Of a stretch of 41,092 bases of DNA, positions 24,808 to 32,702 are shown one piece after another (the stretch's first letter is position 1; every line of letters starts with the position of its first letter). The notes beneath the pieces are model-generated. The model saw only the letters and a program-made list of their open reading frames with translations. It did not search any database and had not been told where the DNA came from. The translations under genes were made by a program, and so were the position numbers. Source of the stretch: a virus; the IMG/VR virus record IMGVR_UViG_3300024984_000002; one strand, written 5' to 3'.

Positions 24808-25320
24808 TCAGTTGTTGTAAGCATACTTGCAATTCTTACAATCGAATCCACTCTCTGGAACCAGGTTGTCATTAAACACATTGTGCAGCTCACATGTATT
24901 CCAATCCTTTGTACATCCGTTACACTTTGCCGTCATGATCTCAGCACACCAGGAGTAAAATTGTTCTCTTGGCATCGTGCAATTGTGAATCTTATCAGCT
25001 ATGTTTCTATCAATCTGCTTAAGGGTGTAATCATCAATCAACTTGAAATCGAACTTCATTAATTTCTTTTTAAGTAAATCCTGTTCTTTTGGGCTTAATC
25101 GTTCGTAAACAGAAGCTAAGAACTTTCGTAAGTATGTTTCTGATGTTTTAAGACTTCTATGTTCATCTTTGGTGATGTTGCTGCGCTTAGACCATTCTTC
25201 TAACATGCTGTTGATCTTCGGGCCATCCACACCACTATTTCTTAATCCATCCATCATTTGTGTAATCGATTGAAGAACCATAAACTGGTTTTTCTCATTT
25301 GCATTAAGATAATCTCTCAC
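24808..25320 (-). CDS. Hypothetical protein with Cys-rich C-terminus (170 aa, GTG start)
   Basis: An RBS AGGAGGG lies 5 nt upstream. The C-terminus CNGC...C...CKNC suggests metal binding. Confidence 0.6.
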   Translation of the reverse strand: MRDYLNANEKNQFMVLQSITQMMDGLRNSGVDGPKINSMLEEWSKRSNITKDEHRSLKTSETYLRKFLASVYERLSPKEQDLLKKKLMKFDFKLIDDYTLKQIDRNIADKIHNCTMPREQFYSWCAEIMTAKCNGCTKDWNTCELHNVFNDNLVPESGFDCKNCKYAYNN

Positions 25321-25336
25321 TTTAACCCTCCTTTAC

Positions 25337-25447
25337 TTAGTTCTGGAATCGATTCACCCACTCCACAAACCTTTTTGATTGTGTGGCTACCGTAAATAGA
25401 GGAAGACCAATTACCGCTAATATGATTACTGTGAATATTTCACCCAT
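25337..25447 (-). CDS. Possible 36-aa membrane peptide
   Basis: MGEIFTVIILAVIGLPLFTVATQSKRFVEWVNRFQN, with an RBS AGGAGG upstream. Confidence 0.4.
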   Translation of the reverse strand: MGEIFTVIILAVIGLPLFTVATQSKRFVEWVNRFQN

Positions 25448-25535
25448 CGAGCAAACCTCCTATTCTGGTAATTTAGAATTTATTCAATCTTTCATAACCA
25501 AAATTTCGACACTAAGCTAAAAAGAGAAGGCTGCT

Positions 25536-25739
25536 TTATTCAGCCTGGAACATAACTTGCGACTTCATAATCTCAATCTGATCAAGTACATATTGTGGAA
25601 GGTCATTGAAACGAACATCTCCAAATTTACCGTTACTTTTAAGAATCCAGTAACCAACCATCGGACTTGGATCTCCTTTGAAGTGACGTACTAAAACTTT
25701 GTATTTGCCGTTATCTGAAACCCACAAGCGTCTGATCAT
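25536..25739 (-). CDS. Hypothetical protein (67 aa)
   Basis: ORF in the early operon. A short hairpin plus T-run overlaps its 3' end. Confidence 0.55.
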   Translation of the reverse strand: MIRRLWVSDNGKYKVLVRHFKGDPSPMVGYWILKSNGKFGDVRFNDLPQYVLDQIEIMKSQVMFQAE

Positions 25740-25753
25740 TTATTTGACCTCCT

Positions 25754-25945
25754 TTAGCTAGTTTTTCTCTTACTCTTTTCAAGCCAATTAAAGAAATCAT
25801 CCTTATTTACTCTCTTTGATCTGCGAATTTTAATTAGTGGAAAATCTGTTGAATCCATAATCTCGTAAGCCACACGCTTACTTACTCCTAGGATTTGTGA
25901 TATTTCTACTGCTGTTAACAAAATTGGATAATCTTTTTTATCCAT
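25754..25945 (-). CDS. Excisionase-family / MerR-type HTH DNA-binding protein
   Basis: LLTAVEISQILGVSKRVAYEIMDSTDFPLIKIRRSKRV fits the HTH_17/excisionase-family pattern. It is the second gene of the early operon. Confidence 0.6.
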   Translation of the reverse strand: MDKKDYPILLTAVEISQILGVSKRVAYEIMDSTDFPLIKIRRSKRVNKDDFFNWLEKSKRKTS

Positions 25946-25989
25946 TCAACTTTCCCCTCTCACAGTTGCACAATAGTTCAACTTTTTAC

Positions 25990-26175
25990 TTAAAAAAATA
26001 AATCATTCAAAGTACAATCTAAATTTTTAGCAATTCTTACTGCCAATTTTATACTAGGGTCCTTTCTCCCCCTTTCAATCCGGTTTAAATAATCGACCGA
26101 TATTTTAAGTCTCTTCGCAAATTCTTGCTGGGTGTATCCCTTTTGTTTTCTTAACTCTGCAATTTTGTTGACCAA
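25990..26175 (-). CDS. Cro-like XRE-family HTH repressor (61 aa; start revised to TTG 26175)
   Basis: The HTH is YTQQEFAKRLKISVDYLNRIERG. An RBS AAGGAGGT lies 7 nt before TTG 26175. The ORF-track start at 26235 lies upstream of the predicted promoter (-10 at 26225-26230). Confidence 0.7.
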   Translation of the reverse strand: MVNKIAELRKQKGYTQQEFAKRLKISVDYLNRIERGRKDPSIKLAVRIAKNLDCTLNDLFF

Positions 26176-26220
26176 TAACGAAACCTCCTTTCTATAAGTT
26201 TCATTATCGTTCAACCTTAA

Positions 26221-26331
26221 TTGAATTATACACACGAGTTGAATAATACGTCAACTAATTTATTTTAAATAATTTGAATTATTTTTAGTGCGGGTTTTTA
26301 GGTTGATGAATAGTTCAATAATTAGCATAAT
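26221..26331. promoter_or_regulatory. Immunity switch: divergent promoters with four TTSAATWAT operator-like repeats
   Basis: Minus strand: TTGACG (26249-26254), 18 nt, TATAAT (26225-26230). Plus strand: TTGATG (26303-26308), 17 nt, CATAAT (26326-26331). Repeats lie at 26221, 26239, 26274 and 26314, with a palindrome AGTTGA-8-TCAACT at 26237-26256. Confidence 0.6.
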
Positions 26332-26359
26332 ATAAGGTGAGTTATTTTGTTTATGAGGG

Positions 26360-26701
26360 GTGACAAACGTGAAGGGATTTGGAGAAAGAATAAAGAAATA
26401 TCGAAAATTAAAGAAGTTCACTCAAGAATCATTGGGTGAAAAAATCGAAGTAACTAAATCTTATATTTCAAAAGTTGAATCAGAATCAACTACACCAAGT
26501 TTAGAGATGTTAGTCAAAATAGCTGACGTATTAGAGGTGGATATATCTGATCTAATAGGAAATAAAAAAGAACCACCCTTAGCTTTAAAAGAACTTGGAG
26601 CTGACTGGATTGTTTTAGGGGAAGAACTTGAAAAAGAAGGTATAACACCCGAACAAGTTAAAATTTGGGCTGAGATTGTCAAAAAGTCGACACAAAAGTA
26701 A
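26360..26701 (+). CDS. CI-like XRE-family repressor (likely start GTG 26369)
   Basis: The HTH is FTQESLGEKIEVTKSYISKVESE. It is divergent from the cro-like gene and upstream of the integrase. The RBS GAGGGG at 26355-26360 favours GTG 26369. Confidence 0.75.
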   Translation: MTNVKGFGERIKKYRKLKKFTQESLGEKIEVTKSYISKVESESTTPSLEMLVKIADVLEVDISDLIGNKKEPPLALKELGADWIVLGEELEKEGITPEQVKIWAEIVKKSTQK

Positions 26702-26737
26702 GTTTAAAAACACTATTAAATCAAGGTTTTTAAGCTT

Positions 26738-26782
26738 TTGTCGAATCATGTAATAAAAAGCCAATCAACATTCGACAATTTT
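26738..26782 (+). terminator. Possible terminator after the repressor gene
   Basis: TTGTCGAAT-23 nt-ATTCGACAA followed by TTTT. The loop is long, so it is probably weak. Confidence 0.35.
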
Positions 26783-26977
26783 AGACTCCCTCACTCACAT
26801 TAACCATGATATATTAAGATTAACTTAAATGCAAACATCTGTTCGTATTTTTTGTTCTTATTTGTGTGAGGGGTGTAATAATGGCTACCATCGTTTATGT
26901 TCCAGAGCTTCCAAAAAAAATGATCATCAAAGTAAAAGACCTACTTCTCGTCGGAACTGGTCCGGTTAATAAAGGAG

Positions 26978-28108
26978 ATGACAGCAATGAAGGGTTATGT
27001 CCGCAAGAGGGGAAGTAAGTGGAGTTATACTGTTGATATCGGTCGTGATCCAATAACGGGAAAAAGAAAACAAAAAACAAAAGGAAGTTTTAACACTCAA
27101 AAAGAGGCAGAACAAGCACTAAATGAAGTGATTTATGAGTTCAATAAAGGGATATATATTGAACCGAATAAAATAATGGTTAAAGATTTTGCTAACGAGT
27201 GGATTGAAGGGTATAAGTATAACCTTCGAGATACCACAGCGGAACAGTATATTTCTAAAATCAATAAATGGATCATTCCTTTAATTGGGCATTACAAGAT
27301 ACAAGATTTAAAACCGGTACACGCTCAGAATTTTTCAGGACAATTACTCGCTAACATGAAGCCTAGTACCGCTCATAAAGTATACGCAATCACAAAACTA
27401 ATAGTTAAACACGCTGTACAACTTGAATTGATTACCAGAAACCCTTTCGAAAATGTATCTATTAAAGATCAAAAAAAGAAAGTGGAAACATGGACATTTG
27501 AAGAGATGAACCATTTCTTAGAAACAGTAAAGATGCACAATGAATTTTTCTATCGTGTGTTCGCTACCGCAGTTTTTACTGGAATGAGAAAAGGAGAAGT
27601 GTTAGGACTACGGAGGATAGATGTGGATCTAAGCAACAAGAAATTATCTCTCAAACAAAGTTTAACTGAAACAAAAGAAAAAGGTGTCCAAGTGAGCGAC
27701 TTGAAAACACCTTCGTCCTATCGCCAGGTAGCAATAGATGATTTTCTCATCTCTATAATAAAGGAACAGATCCATAAAAACAATGAAATGAAGTTAAAAT
27801 TAGGTTCTGAATACCAAGATTATGGGCTGATATTTTGCAATGTGGACGGAGCTCCCTATCGACCAACAAGTATCAATAGACCTTTTCGAAAGTACGTGGA
27901 GCTTTCTGGAGTGCCTAAATTACGGTTTCACGACCTTAGGCATACTCATGCTACCTTATTACTCGAAATGAATGTAAACCCTAAAATTGTAGCTGATAGA
28001 TTGGGGCACTCTTCTGTAAAAATCACATTAGATACCTATTCTCATGCTTCGTTAGGAATGCAGCAAAATGTAGCAGATCAGTTTTCTAAACGTGCATTAA
28101 AAGCTTGA
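26978..28108 (+). CDS. int: Tyrosine integrase (likely start ATG 26987)
   Basis: The N-terminus MKGYVRKRGSKWSY is an arm-binding type. Catalytic motifs are GMRKGE, RFHDLRHTHAT and LGHSSVKITLDTYSH. The RBS AAAGGAG lies 9 nt before ATG 26987. Confidence 0.9.
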   Translation: MTAMKGYVRKRGSKWSYTVDIGRDPITGKRKQKTKGSFNTQKEAEQALNEVIYEFNKGIYIEPNKIMVKDFANEWIEGYKYNLRDTTAEQYISKINKWIIPLIGHYKIQDLKPVHAQNFSGQLLANMKPSTAHKVYAITKLIVKHAVQLELITRNPFENVSIKDQKKKVETWTFEEMNHFLETVKMHNEFFYRVFATAVFTGMRKGEVLGLRRIDVDLSNKKLSLKQSLTETKEKGVQVSDLKTPSSYRQVAIDDFLISIIKEQIHKNNEMKLKLGSEYQDYGLIFCNVDGAPYRPTSINRPFRKYVELSGVPKLRFHDLRHTHATLLLEMNVNPKIVADRLGHSSVKITLDTYSHASLGMQQNVADQFSKRALKA

Positions 28109-28355
28109 TGTGGTCAGAATGTGGTCAAGCCTAAAGGAAGAACGGCTAAAACATTGATATAACATAACTTTTTATACTAAAACCATAATCATATCTGAAC
28201 TGTATTTTATTTTTACGCTAGTTGCATCCAATTAACAAAATAACTCAAAAACCCGTTAAATCAACAGTTTTATTCACCCTTTTTCACTTGCTAAATAATA
28301 GTAGTTAACACTAATTAATAGTAGTGTGTGGTCAATCATGTGGTCAATGTGGTCA
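28108..28355. other. Candidate attP with integrase arm-type repeats
   Basis: Five direct copies of RTGTGGTCA (28108, 28119, 28326, 28338, 28347) bracket an AT-rich non-coding stretch of about 200 bp immediately 3' of int. Confidence 0.5.
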
Positions 28356-28375
28356 TATCGATTGACCTTTTTTTT
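28342..28375 (+). terminator. Hairpin plus T8 (plus strand) at the convergent int / parR ends
   Basis: GGTCAAT-12 nt-ATTGACC followed by TTTTTTTT (28368-28375). Confidence 0.5.
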
Positions 28376-28589
28376 ATATCAGATCACTCATAAAATCCTC
28401 TGTCTCTAATGGTTTACTTACTTCAACTACATTCATAGTGGATTTAGTCATCCCTTCCAAATCTCTCTGAATTAATGCTTTAATATAAGCTGAAATATTC
28501 TCATATTGCTCACAATGGTCAAACAACTTCTTTTGGTGAGGATCCAATACATTAAATGATACAGATTTATTTTTGATTAACTTTGCCAT
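28374..28589 (-). CDS. parR: ParR-like ribbon-helix-helix adaptor protein
   Basis: 71 aa directly downstream of, and overlapping, the ParM-like gene. The N-terminus KSVSFNVLDPHQKKLFDHCEQYENISAYIKALIQRDL fits an RHH (beta strand plus two helices). Confidence 0.55.
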   Translation of the reverse strand: MAKLIKNKSVSFNVLDPHQKKLFDHCEQYENISAYIKALIQRDLEGMTKSTMNVVEVSKPLETEDFMSDLI

Positions 28590-29409
28590 AAATAGAACAT
28601 CCTATCTTATAGAAGCCGATCGCATTTGCGAATGTAGGATCACCACACACAGATTCATATATCGGCTTCAATACTTCCATGTTCGGATAGTACTGTTGAA
28701 TATAAGGAATTAACTTTTCTGCAGCACCACCGACTAAATAGCCTTTATCACTGTTATTCCACTTCTTTGTTGTGTGGGTGACTATTCCCCTTGCTAGTGC
28801 TGATAAGTCGCTAGAAACAACTGTATTTAAACCAAAAGGTAAGGTGAATGAGTCTCTATCTACATACCTCTTGTTTAATAAGGAAGCGCAGTTCACAGTA
28901 GCACTACCCACATCGATGATTCTTACTAATCCATCTTTCGGTTTACTCCAGAAGGAAGCTCCACCCTCAGCTGCTACTTCCACATGAGAGATAAGAATAA
29001 CTTTTGTCTTATCATTCACAGTGATTTCATGGGAACCCTTCAACATATCTTTAATTCGTTTCTTTTCTTCCTCGGTATGCTTACTGATCGGCTGACCGAC
29101 AATAATTTGAAATTGATTTGTAGTCTGACTATATCTGTGGAGGGCAAGTAAGATTCTTAGTTTTGCATCCTCATGCGCTTTACTATCTCCCATTAGAGAA
29201 CCACCAAACTCTGATTCAGCATCAGCTAGGCTCCCAGCAAATCCTTTTCTTCCTTCAAACTCGAAAATCATATCATCCTTACCTGGAGTGTTCTTAATTC
29301 TCCTTTCTCGATATTCGCCTAATGTAGAGCTGAATATATCTAGTCCTTGTGGACCACAAACCTTTACCCGGTAATTCCCTGCATCAATACCAACTATCAT
29401 TTTATACAC
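28567..29409 (-). CDS. parM: ParM/StbA-family actin-like segregation ATPase (likely start ATG 29400)
   Basis: Phosphate-1 motif IVGIDAGNYRVK, phosphate-2 motif IIDVGSATVN and an overall length of about 280 aa are typical of ParM-like proteins. Confidence 0.75.
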   Translation of the reverse strand: MYKMIVGIDAGNYRVKVCGPQGLDIFSSTLGEYRERRIKNTPGKDDMIFEFEGRKGFAGSLADAESEFGGSLMGDSKAHEDAKLRILLALHRYSQTTNQFQIIVGQPISKHTEEEKKRIKDMLKGSHEITVNDKTKVILISHVEVAAEGGASFWSKPKDGLVRIIDVGSATVNCASLLNKRYVDRDSFTLPFGLNTVVSSDLSALARGIVTHTTKKWNNSDKGYLVGGAAEKLIPYIQQYYPNMEVLKPIYESVCGDPTFANAIGFYKIGCSIYGKVNQK

Positions 29410-29414
29410 CTCTC

Positions 29415-29470
29415 TGGTTACTAACTAGTTAAGAACTAAATTTTCGTGGTTACTAACTAGTAAGGAACTA
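29415..29470. repeat. Two 24-bp direct repeats upstream of parM (candidate parC centromere/operator)
   Basis: TGGTTACTAACTAGTTAAGAACTA (29415-29438) and TGGTTACTAACTAGTAAGGAACTA (29447-29470): 22/24 identical, 32-bp period, each containing an ACTAGT palindrome. Confidence 0.55.
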
Positions 29471-30091
29471 TAAATCTTCTTTCGTTAAAATCATGTGTTT
29501 CAATCCTACTTTTTCGCACGATGCTTCAAGTATCTTTTTTCTGTGGTCAGTTGTTGTATAAAAAACGAGTACTGGTTTAGTTTTAAATTGCTGTTCAATG
29601 GCTGGAGATAATAACTGATATTGGCTTATCTTCTTTTTGTTTTCAGTCATGGATTGTGTACGATCTACTTCTAAAAAGTGGAACACATCATTAAGGGAGA
29701 ATGTAGCATCTGGAACAATGGTTGCTTCTTTGTAGCTTAATCCTGATTGATATTTGAAAATAATAGGTAATTCATTCTCCCAATCCTTTGGACATTCAAA
29801 GTAGATATACATATCGTTTCTTAAAAGATGGTGGTCAATCTGATTATTCCATTTGATTTCTTTATCGGAGCCTATCACTTCCCTTCCTTGCTGATTAAGG
29901 TAGTAAATGTTTTCTGATACACGTTTGATATGCATATACTCATTCATCTCCTTGAGTACTCTTATTGCATTTCTATCCGTTCCAAGGTCATGTAACTTCT
30001 GTAAATGATGTCTAGTGGCGAATCCCATCTTTTCCAAACTTAACAAGATCTTCTCTTGTCTCTTTCTTTTCTTCTCGATGTTCGACAACAT
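29468..30091 (-). CDS. Replication-relaxation family protein (putative relaxase/initiator)
   Basis: 207 aa. The N-terminal winged-helix-like ILLSLEKMGFATRHHLQKLHDLGTDRNAIRVLKEMNEY resembles the Replic_Relax family. It is paired with an FtsK-like translocase, as in Gram-positive mobilisable elements. Confidence 0.55.
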   Translation of the reverse strand: MLSNIEKKRKRQEKILLSLEKMGFATRHHLQKLHDLGTDRNAIRVLKEMNEYMHIKRVSENIYYLNQQGREVIGSDKEIKWNNQIDHHLLRNDMYIYFECPKDWENELPIIFKYQSGLSYKEATIVPDATFSLNDVFHFLEVDRTQSMTENKKKISQYQLLSPAIEQQFKTKPVLVFYTTTDHRKKILEASCEKVGLKHMILTKEDL

Positions 30092-31274
30092 GATCTGGCT
30101 TAACCTCCAATACTTGTGGTTGTTGGTATTTCTCTAATCGCTCCCACATTTCATCATGTGAGATAAAAGGTACTTGTAATTCCTTTAATTCATGTGTTTT
30201 AAATAAGGCCCTTCCTTTTATATCAGAAGGTAATTCCTCAGCTCCACGATCATCTATTGCAACCTCAGAAGCATACCCAGAAGGTAAACGGAAGGTGATT
30301 TTTGCATCACTATTCTGTTTTATGGAACGTGGCAAGGTATCGCTAGTTGGATACTGGGTTGCAAAGATTAAACGATATGAGAGCGCACCTGTGACTCGAG
30401 CAATCTCACCTAAGAAATACTGACACATACCCAATAGACTTTTCATTTCTCTACTCATCCATTTTTCTGGTGCTAACTGTGCGGCTTCATCCACAATTAT
30501 GAAGCGTCTCTTCTTGATATTTGTATCAACTACATTAGATATGTTTTTCTGTCTAAACTCTTTATAAAGCTCTTGGTATTCCTCATGTAACTTTTCAAGT
30601 AGATCAGCAGCTTCCATTGGATTTGAAGCGACCTTTTTAACTTGTTCTAAATGTTCGTATCGACCAAACTCTAAACCACCTTTTAAATCAATAATGTAGA
30701 ATTCAACATCATTTGGGTGGTTTTCAATTAAATAAGTCATCATCATACGAAGATAAACGGTTTTTCCAAAACGAGTAGTACCAGCGACTGTCATATGTGG
30801 TGTGTGGTCAAAGTTATGCCATATTAACCCTTCAACGGATTTCCCTATAGGTACTAACCACTTATTAGATTTATGTGGAAGATCAGCGTAAGGGAATAAC
30901 TCAGGAAGCTCCTCATTGTATACTTTTATTTGAAGTAATCCCTTTTTAAATTCAACTTCTACAGGCTTACCAAGACCATCACTAAACACATTGATTTCCT
31001 TCTCAACCTTTTTCATTTTAGTAGCTGGTAATCCTAAAGGTACGGAAAAGTGATAATTCACTCCAATTTCTTTATCACCGTCAAAAAGTTTCTTCTTGAA
31101 TTTAAAAGTAGGAGTTTTGATTGGCTCTTCTTCACTTTTACCTGGTATTCCATATCGAGTGTTCTTGAATATATTTTCAATTTTCTTTTTGTCTGACATA
31201 CCACTTTTTGGTATTAAAGCTACACCGGCCACAGCTAACGGAAATGCTAACCATTCAATCACGAAGCTCACCAC
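30012..31274 (-). CDS. FtsK/SpoIIIE (TraB/TcpA-like) membrane-anchored DNA translocase
   Basis: N-terminal TM segment, Walker A VAGTTRFGKT, Walker B FIIVDEAAQL, 420 aa. Confidence 0.85.
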   Translation of the reverse strand: MVSFVIEWLAFPLAVAGVALIPKSGMSDKKKIENIFKNTRYGIPGKSEEEPIKTPTFKFKKKLFDGDKEIGVNYHFSVPLGLPATKMKKVEKEINVFSDGLGKPVEVEFKKGLLQIKVYNEELPELFPYADLPHKSNKWLVPIGKSVEGLIWHNFDHTPHMTVAGTTRFGKTVYLRMMMTYLIENHPNDVEFYIIDLKGGLEFGRYEHLEQVKKVASNPMEAADLLEKLHEEYQELYKEFRQKNISNVVDTNIKKRRFIIVDEAAQLAPEKWMSREMKSLLGMCQYFLGEIARVTGALSYRLIFATQYPTSDTLPRSIKQNSDAKITFRLPSGYASEVAIDDRGAEELPSDIKGRALFKTHELKELQVPFISHDEMWERLEKYQQPQVLEVKPDHVVEHREEKKETREDLVKFGKDGIRH

Positions 31275-31464
31275 TTTCCCATAGGTTAAACGCTTCGTAC
31301 TTAATGTAATTCTTTAGTTCACAGTAATAATCACTTCCATAAAACTCTTGGATTTCATCTTCTGTTAAATCCTCAAGAGCTCTTTCAGCTAATACTTTCA
31401 TCTCGATAAACAATCTGTTTTTACGGCTGATTTTCATATAAAAATCGCATCCTTTCTTAACCAT
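31255..31464 (-). CDS. Hypothetical protein (69 aa)
   Basis: ORF overlapping the start of the translocase gene. Confidence 0.5.
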   Translation of the reverse strand: MVKKGCDFYMKISRKNRLFIEMKVLAERALEDLTEDEIQEFYGSDYYCELKNYIKYEAFNLWESGELRD

Positions 31465-31592
31465 TCAGAATGAAATGAGGGATGGGTGAGACCTTAGCGA
31501 AAAGCTAAGGGAGTTTAATTTAAAAAGAACCTTTCAAAAAACCTATAAAACTAGTAATCACAACGAACGGAATATACTGAAGAAAATTCTAC

Positions 31593-31859
31593 CTAAAACC
31601 CAGTCAATACATGCCTGAAAAGAGGATTCTTAAATATAGTCCAAAGTAGAGAGAACAGAATACCTGAAAGCATAAGCACCCGTACAAAGGCTTCGTTAAT
31701 CGGAATACCCATCTTTTCTAGTGCTATCATTCCTAATAGGACAGCTCCCGTACCAACAAAGAAGGTCAAGCCCCCATCCACCATAGAGAAGATACCAGGA
31801 CTAGGGCTAATAGATCCAGCAACAAAAGCTTTAAAAGGAATCACTTCATAAGTCATCAT
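31593..31859 (-). CDS. Hypothetical membrane protein (88 aa, 2-3 TM)
   Basis: Hydrophobic segments GGLTFFVGTGAVLLGMIAL and VLMLSGILFSLLWTIF. Confidence 0.55.
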   Translation of the reverse strand: MMTYEVIPFKAFVAGSISPSPGIFSMVDGGLTFFVGTGAVLLGMIALEKMGIPINEAFVRVLMLSGILFSLLWTIFKNPLFRHVLTGF

Positions 31860-32134
31860 TTATTCTCCTTTTCCCACATCTTTTTATATTGATCTTTAGC
31901 TTTGAAATAAACTTTGTCATAGCTTTCGATTCCAACGTCAACGCAACTGTATCGCTCCATATAGAGCATTAATTCATGAAGATCCTCTAGATCATCTGCT
32001 TCCCACAATAATTCATTGAGATAGTTGGAGCTAAACAACATAGGATAGGTGTTCAGCTCATCAAACTTCCTCTGGTGAAACTCATCTTGCTTAGCTTCCT
32101 TATAACCTTCAAACATTGACCATAGGAGGCTCAT
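31856..32134 (-). CDS. Hypothetical protein (92 aa)
   Basis: 4-nt overlaps with both neighbours. Confidence 0.55.
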   Translation of the reverse strand: MSLLWSMFEGYKEAKQDEFHQRKFDELNTYPMLFSSNYLNELLWEADDLEDLHELMLYMERYSCVDVGIESYDKVYFKAKDQYKKMWEKENK

Positions 32135-32343
32135 AGAGGTTCACCAACTTGCAAGAAAGCATTTAATGGAAGCTCCCATTCACACCATTCAGATGGATCA
32201 TCATCCTTCTCTCCAATAAGTAGCCAATAAACGTTATAAACGTTTCCATCGGCATCTAACGCTCTTACCACACAATACTCTTCATCCACAATACAAGGCT
32301 GATTGATAGCATGAAGCTCTTTTCCTCTGTAGTTAATAGTCAT
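32131..32343 (-). CDS. Hypothetical protein (70 aa)
   Basis: First gene of the minus-strand operon that leads to the translocase. Confidence 0.55.
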   Translation of the reverse strand: MTINYRGKELHAINQPCIVDEEYCVVRALDADGNVYNVYWLLIGEKDDDPSEWCEWELPLNAFLQVGEPL

Positions 32344-32381
32344 TAGCTATCCTTCCTTTCGTTGTTTGATAGTCTATTCTT

Positions 32382-32702
32382 ATGACCATTCCGAAAGGAA
32401 GTTGCCTGTCTATCACAAATTTATTTGGATTTTACAAAAAATATTGTGAAAGGAATAATATTACTTGTACCGAATACATATATTGGGTGATAAATATGGT
32501 AGTAGTTCTGATAGGAAATTGGATTAAACGATCTAATTATTCGAGGGTAGAAATCTGCAATGAGTTTGGTATATCTCAGAATACCTTATCAAATTGGTGT
32601 ACTGGGAAGACTTATCCTTCTATTCCACAAGCTTTAAAACTTGCATCAATGTTGAACGTAAAGGTAGATGATCTTTACGTAATAAAGGAGGAAGAAGAAT
32701 GA
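32382..32702 (+). CDS. XRE-type HTH regulator (likely start ATG 32496, 68 aa)
   Basis: The HTH is YSRVEICNEFGISQNTLSNWCTGKTYP. An RBS GGGTGA lies 5 nt before ATG 32496. It is divergent from the 32343 operon. Confidence 0.65.
   Translation: MTIPKGSCLSITNLFGFYKKYCERNNITCTEYIYWVINMVVVLIGNWIKRSNYSRVEICNEFGISQNTLSNWCTGKTYPSIPQALKLASMLNVKVDDLYVIKEEEE

Noticed and set aside
26881-27018. 45-aa plus-strand ORF (MATIVYVPELPKK...) with RBS GAGGGG, overlapping the integrase start
   Set aside because: It may be real, but it overlaps int in another frame, has no recognisable features and cannot be supported beyond the RBS. It is left unannotated.
25990-28108. An arbitrium (AimR/AimP) or Rap-Phr communication module near the lysogeny genes
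   Set aside because: There is no TPR-type receptor ORF of about 380 aa followed by a short secreted-peptide gene. The region is fully explained by the cro, cI and int genes.
31480-31520. 7-bp perfect hairpin CCTTAGC-5-GCTAAGG in the gap 31465-31592
   Set aside because: There is no adjacent U-tract on the coding strand and no repeat elsewhere. The evidence is insufficient for a terminator or ncRNA call.
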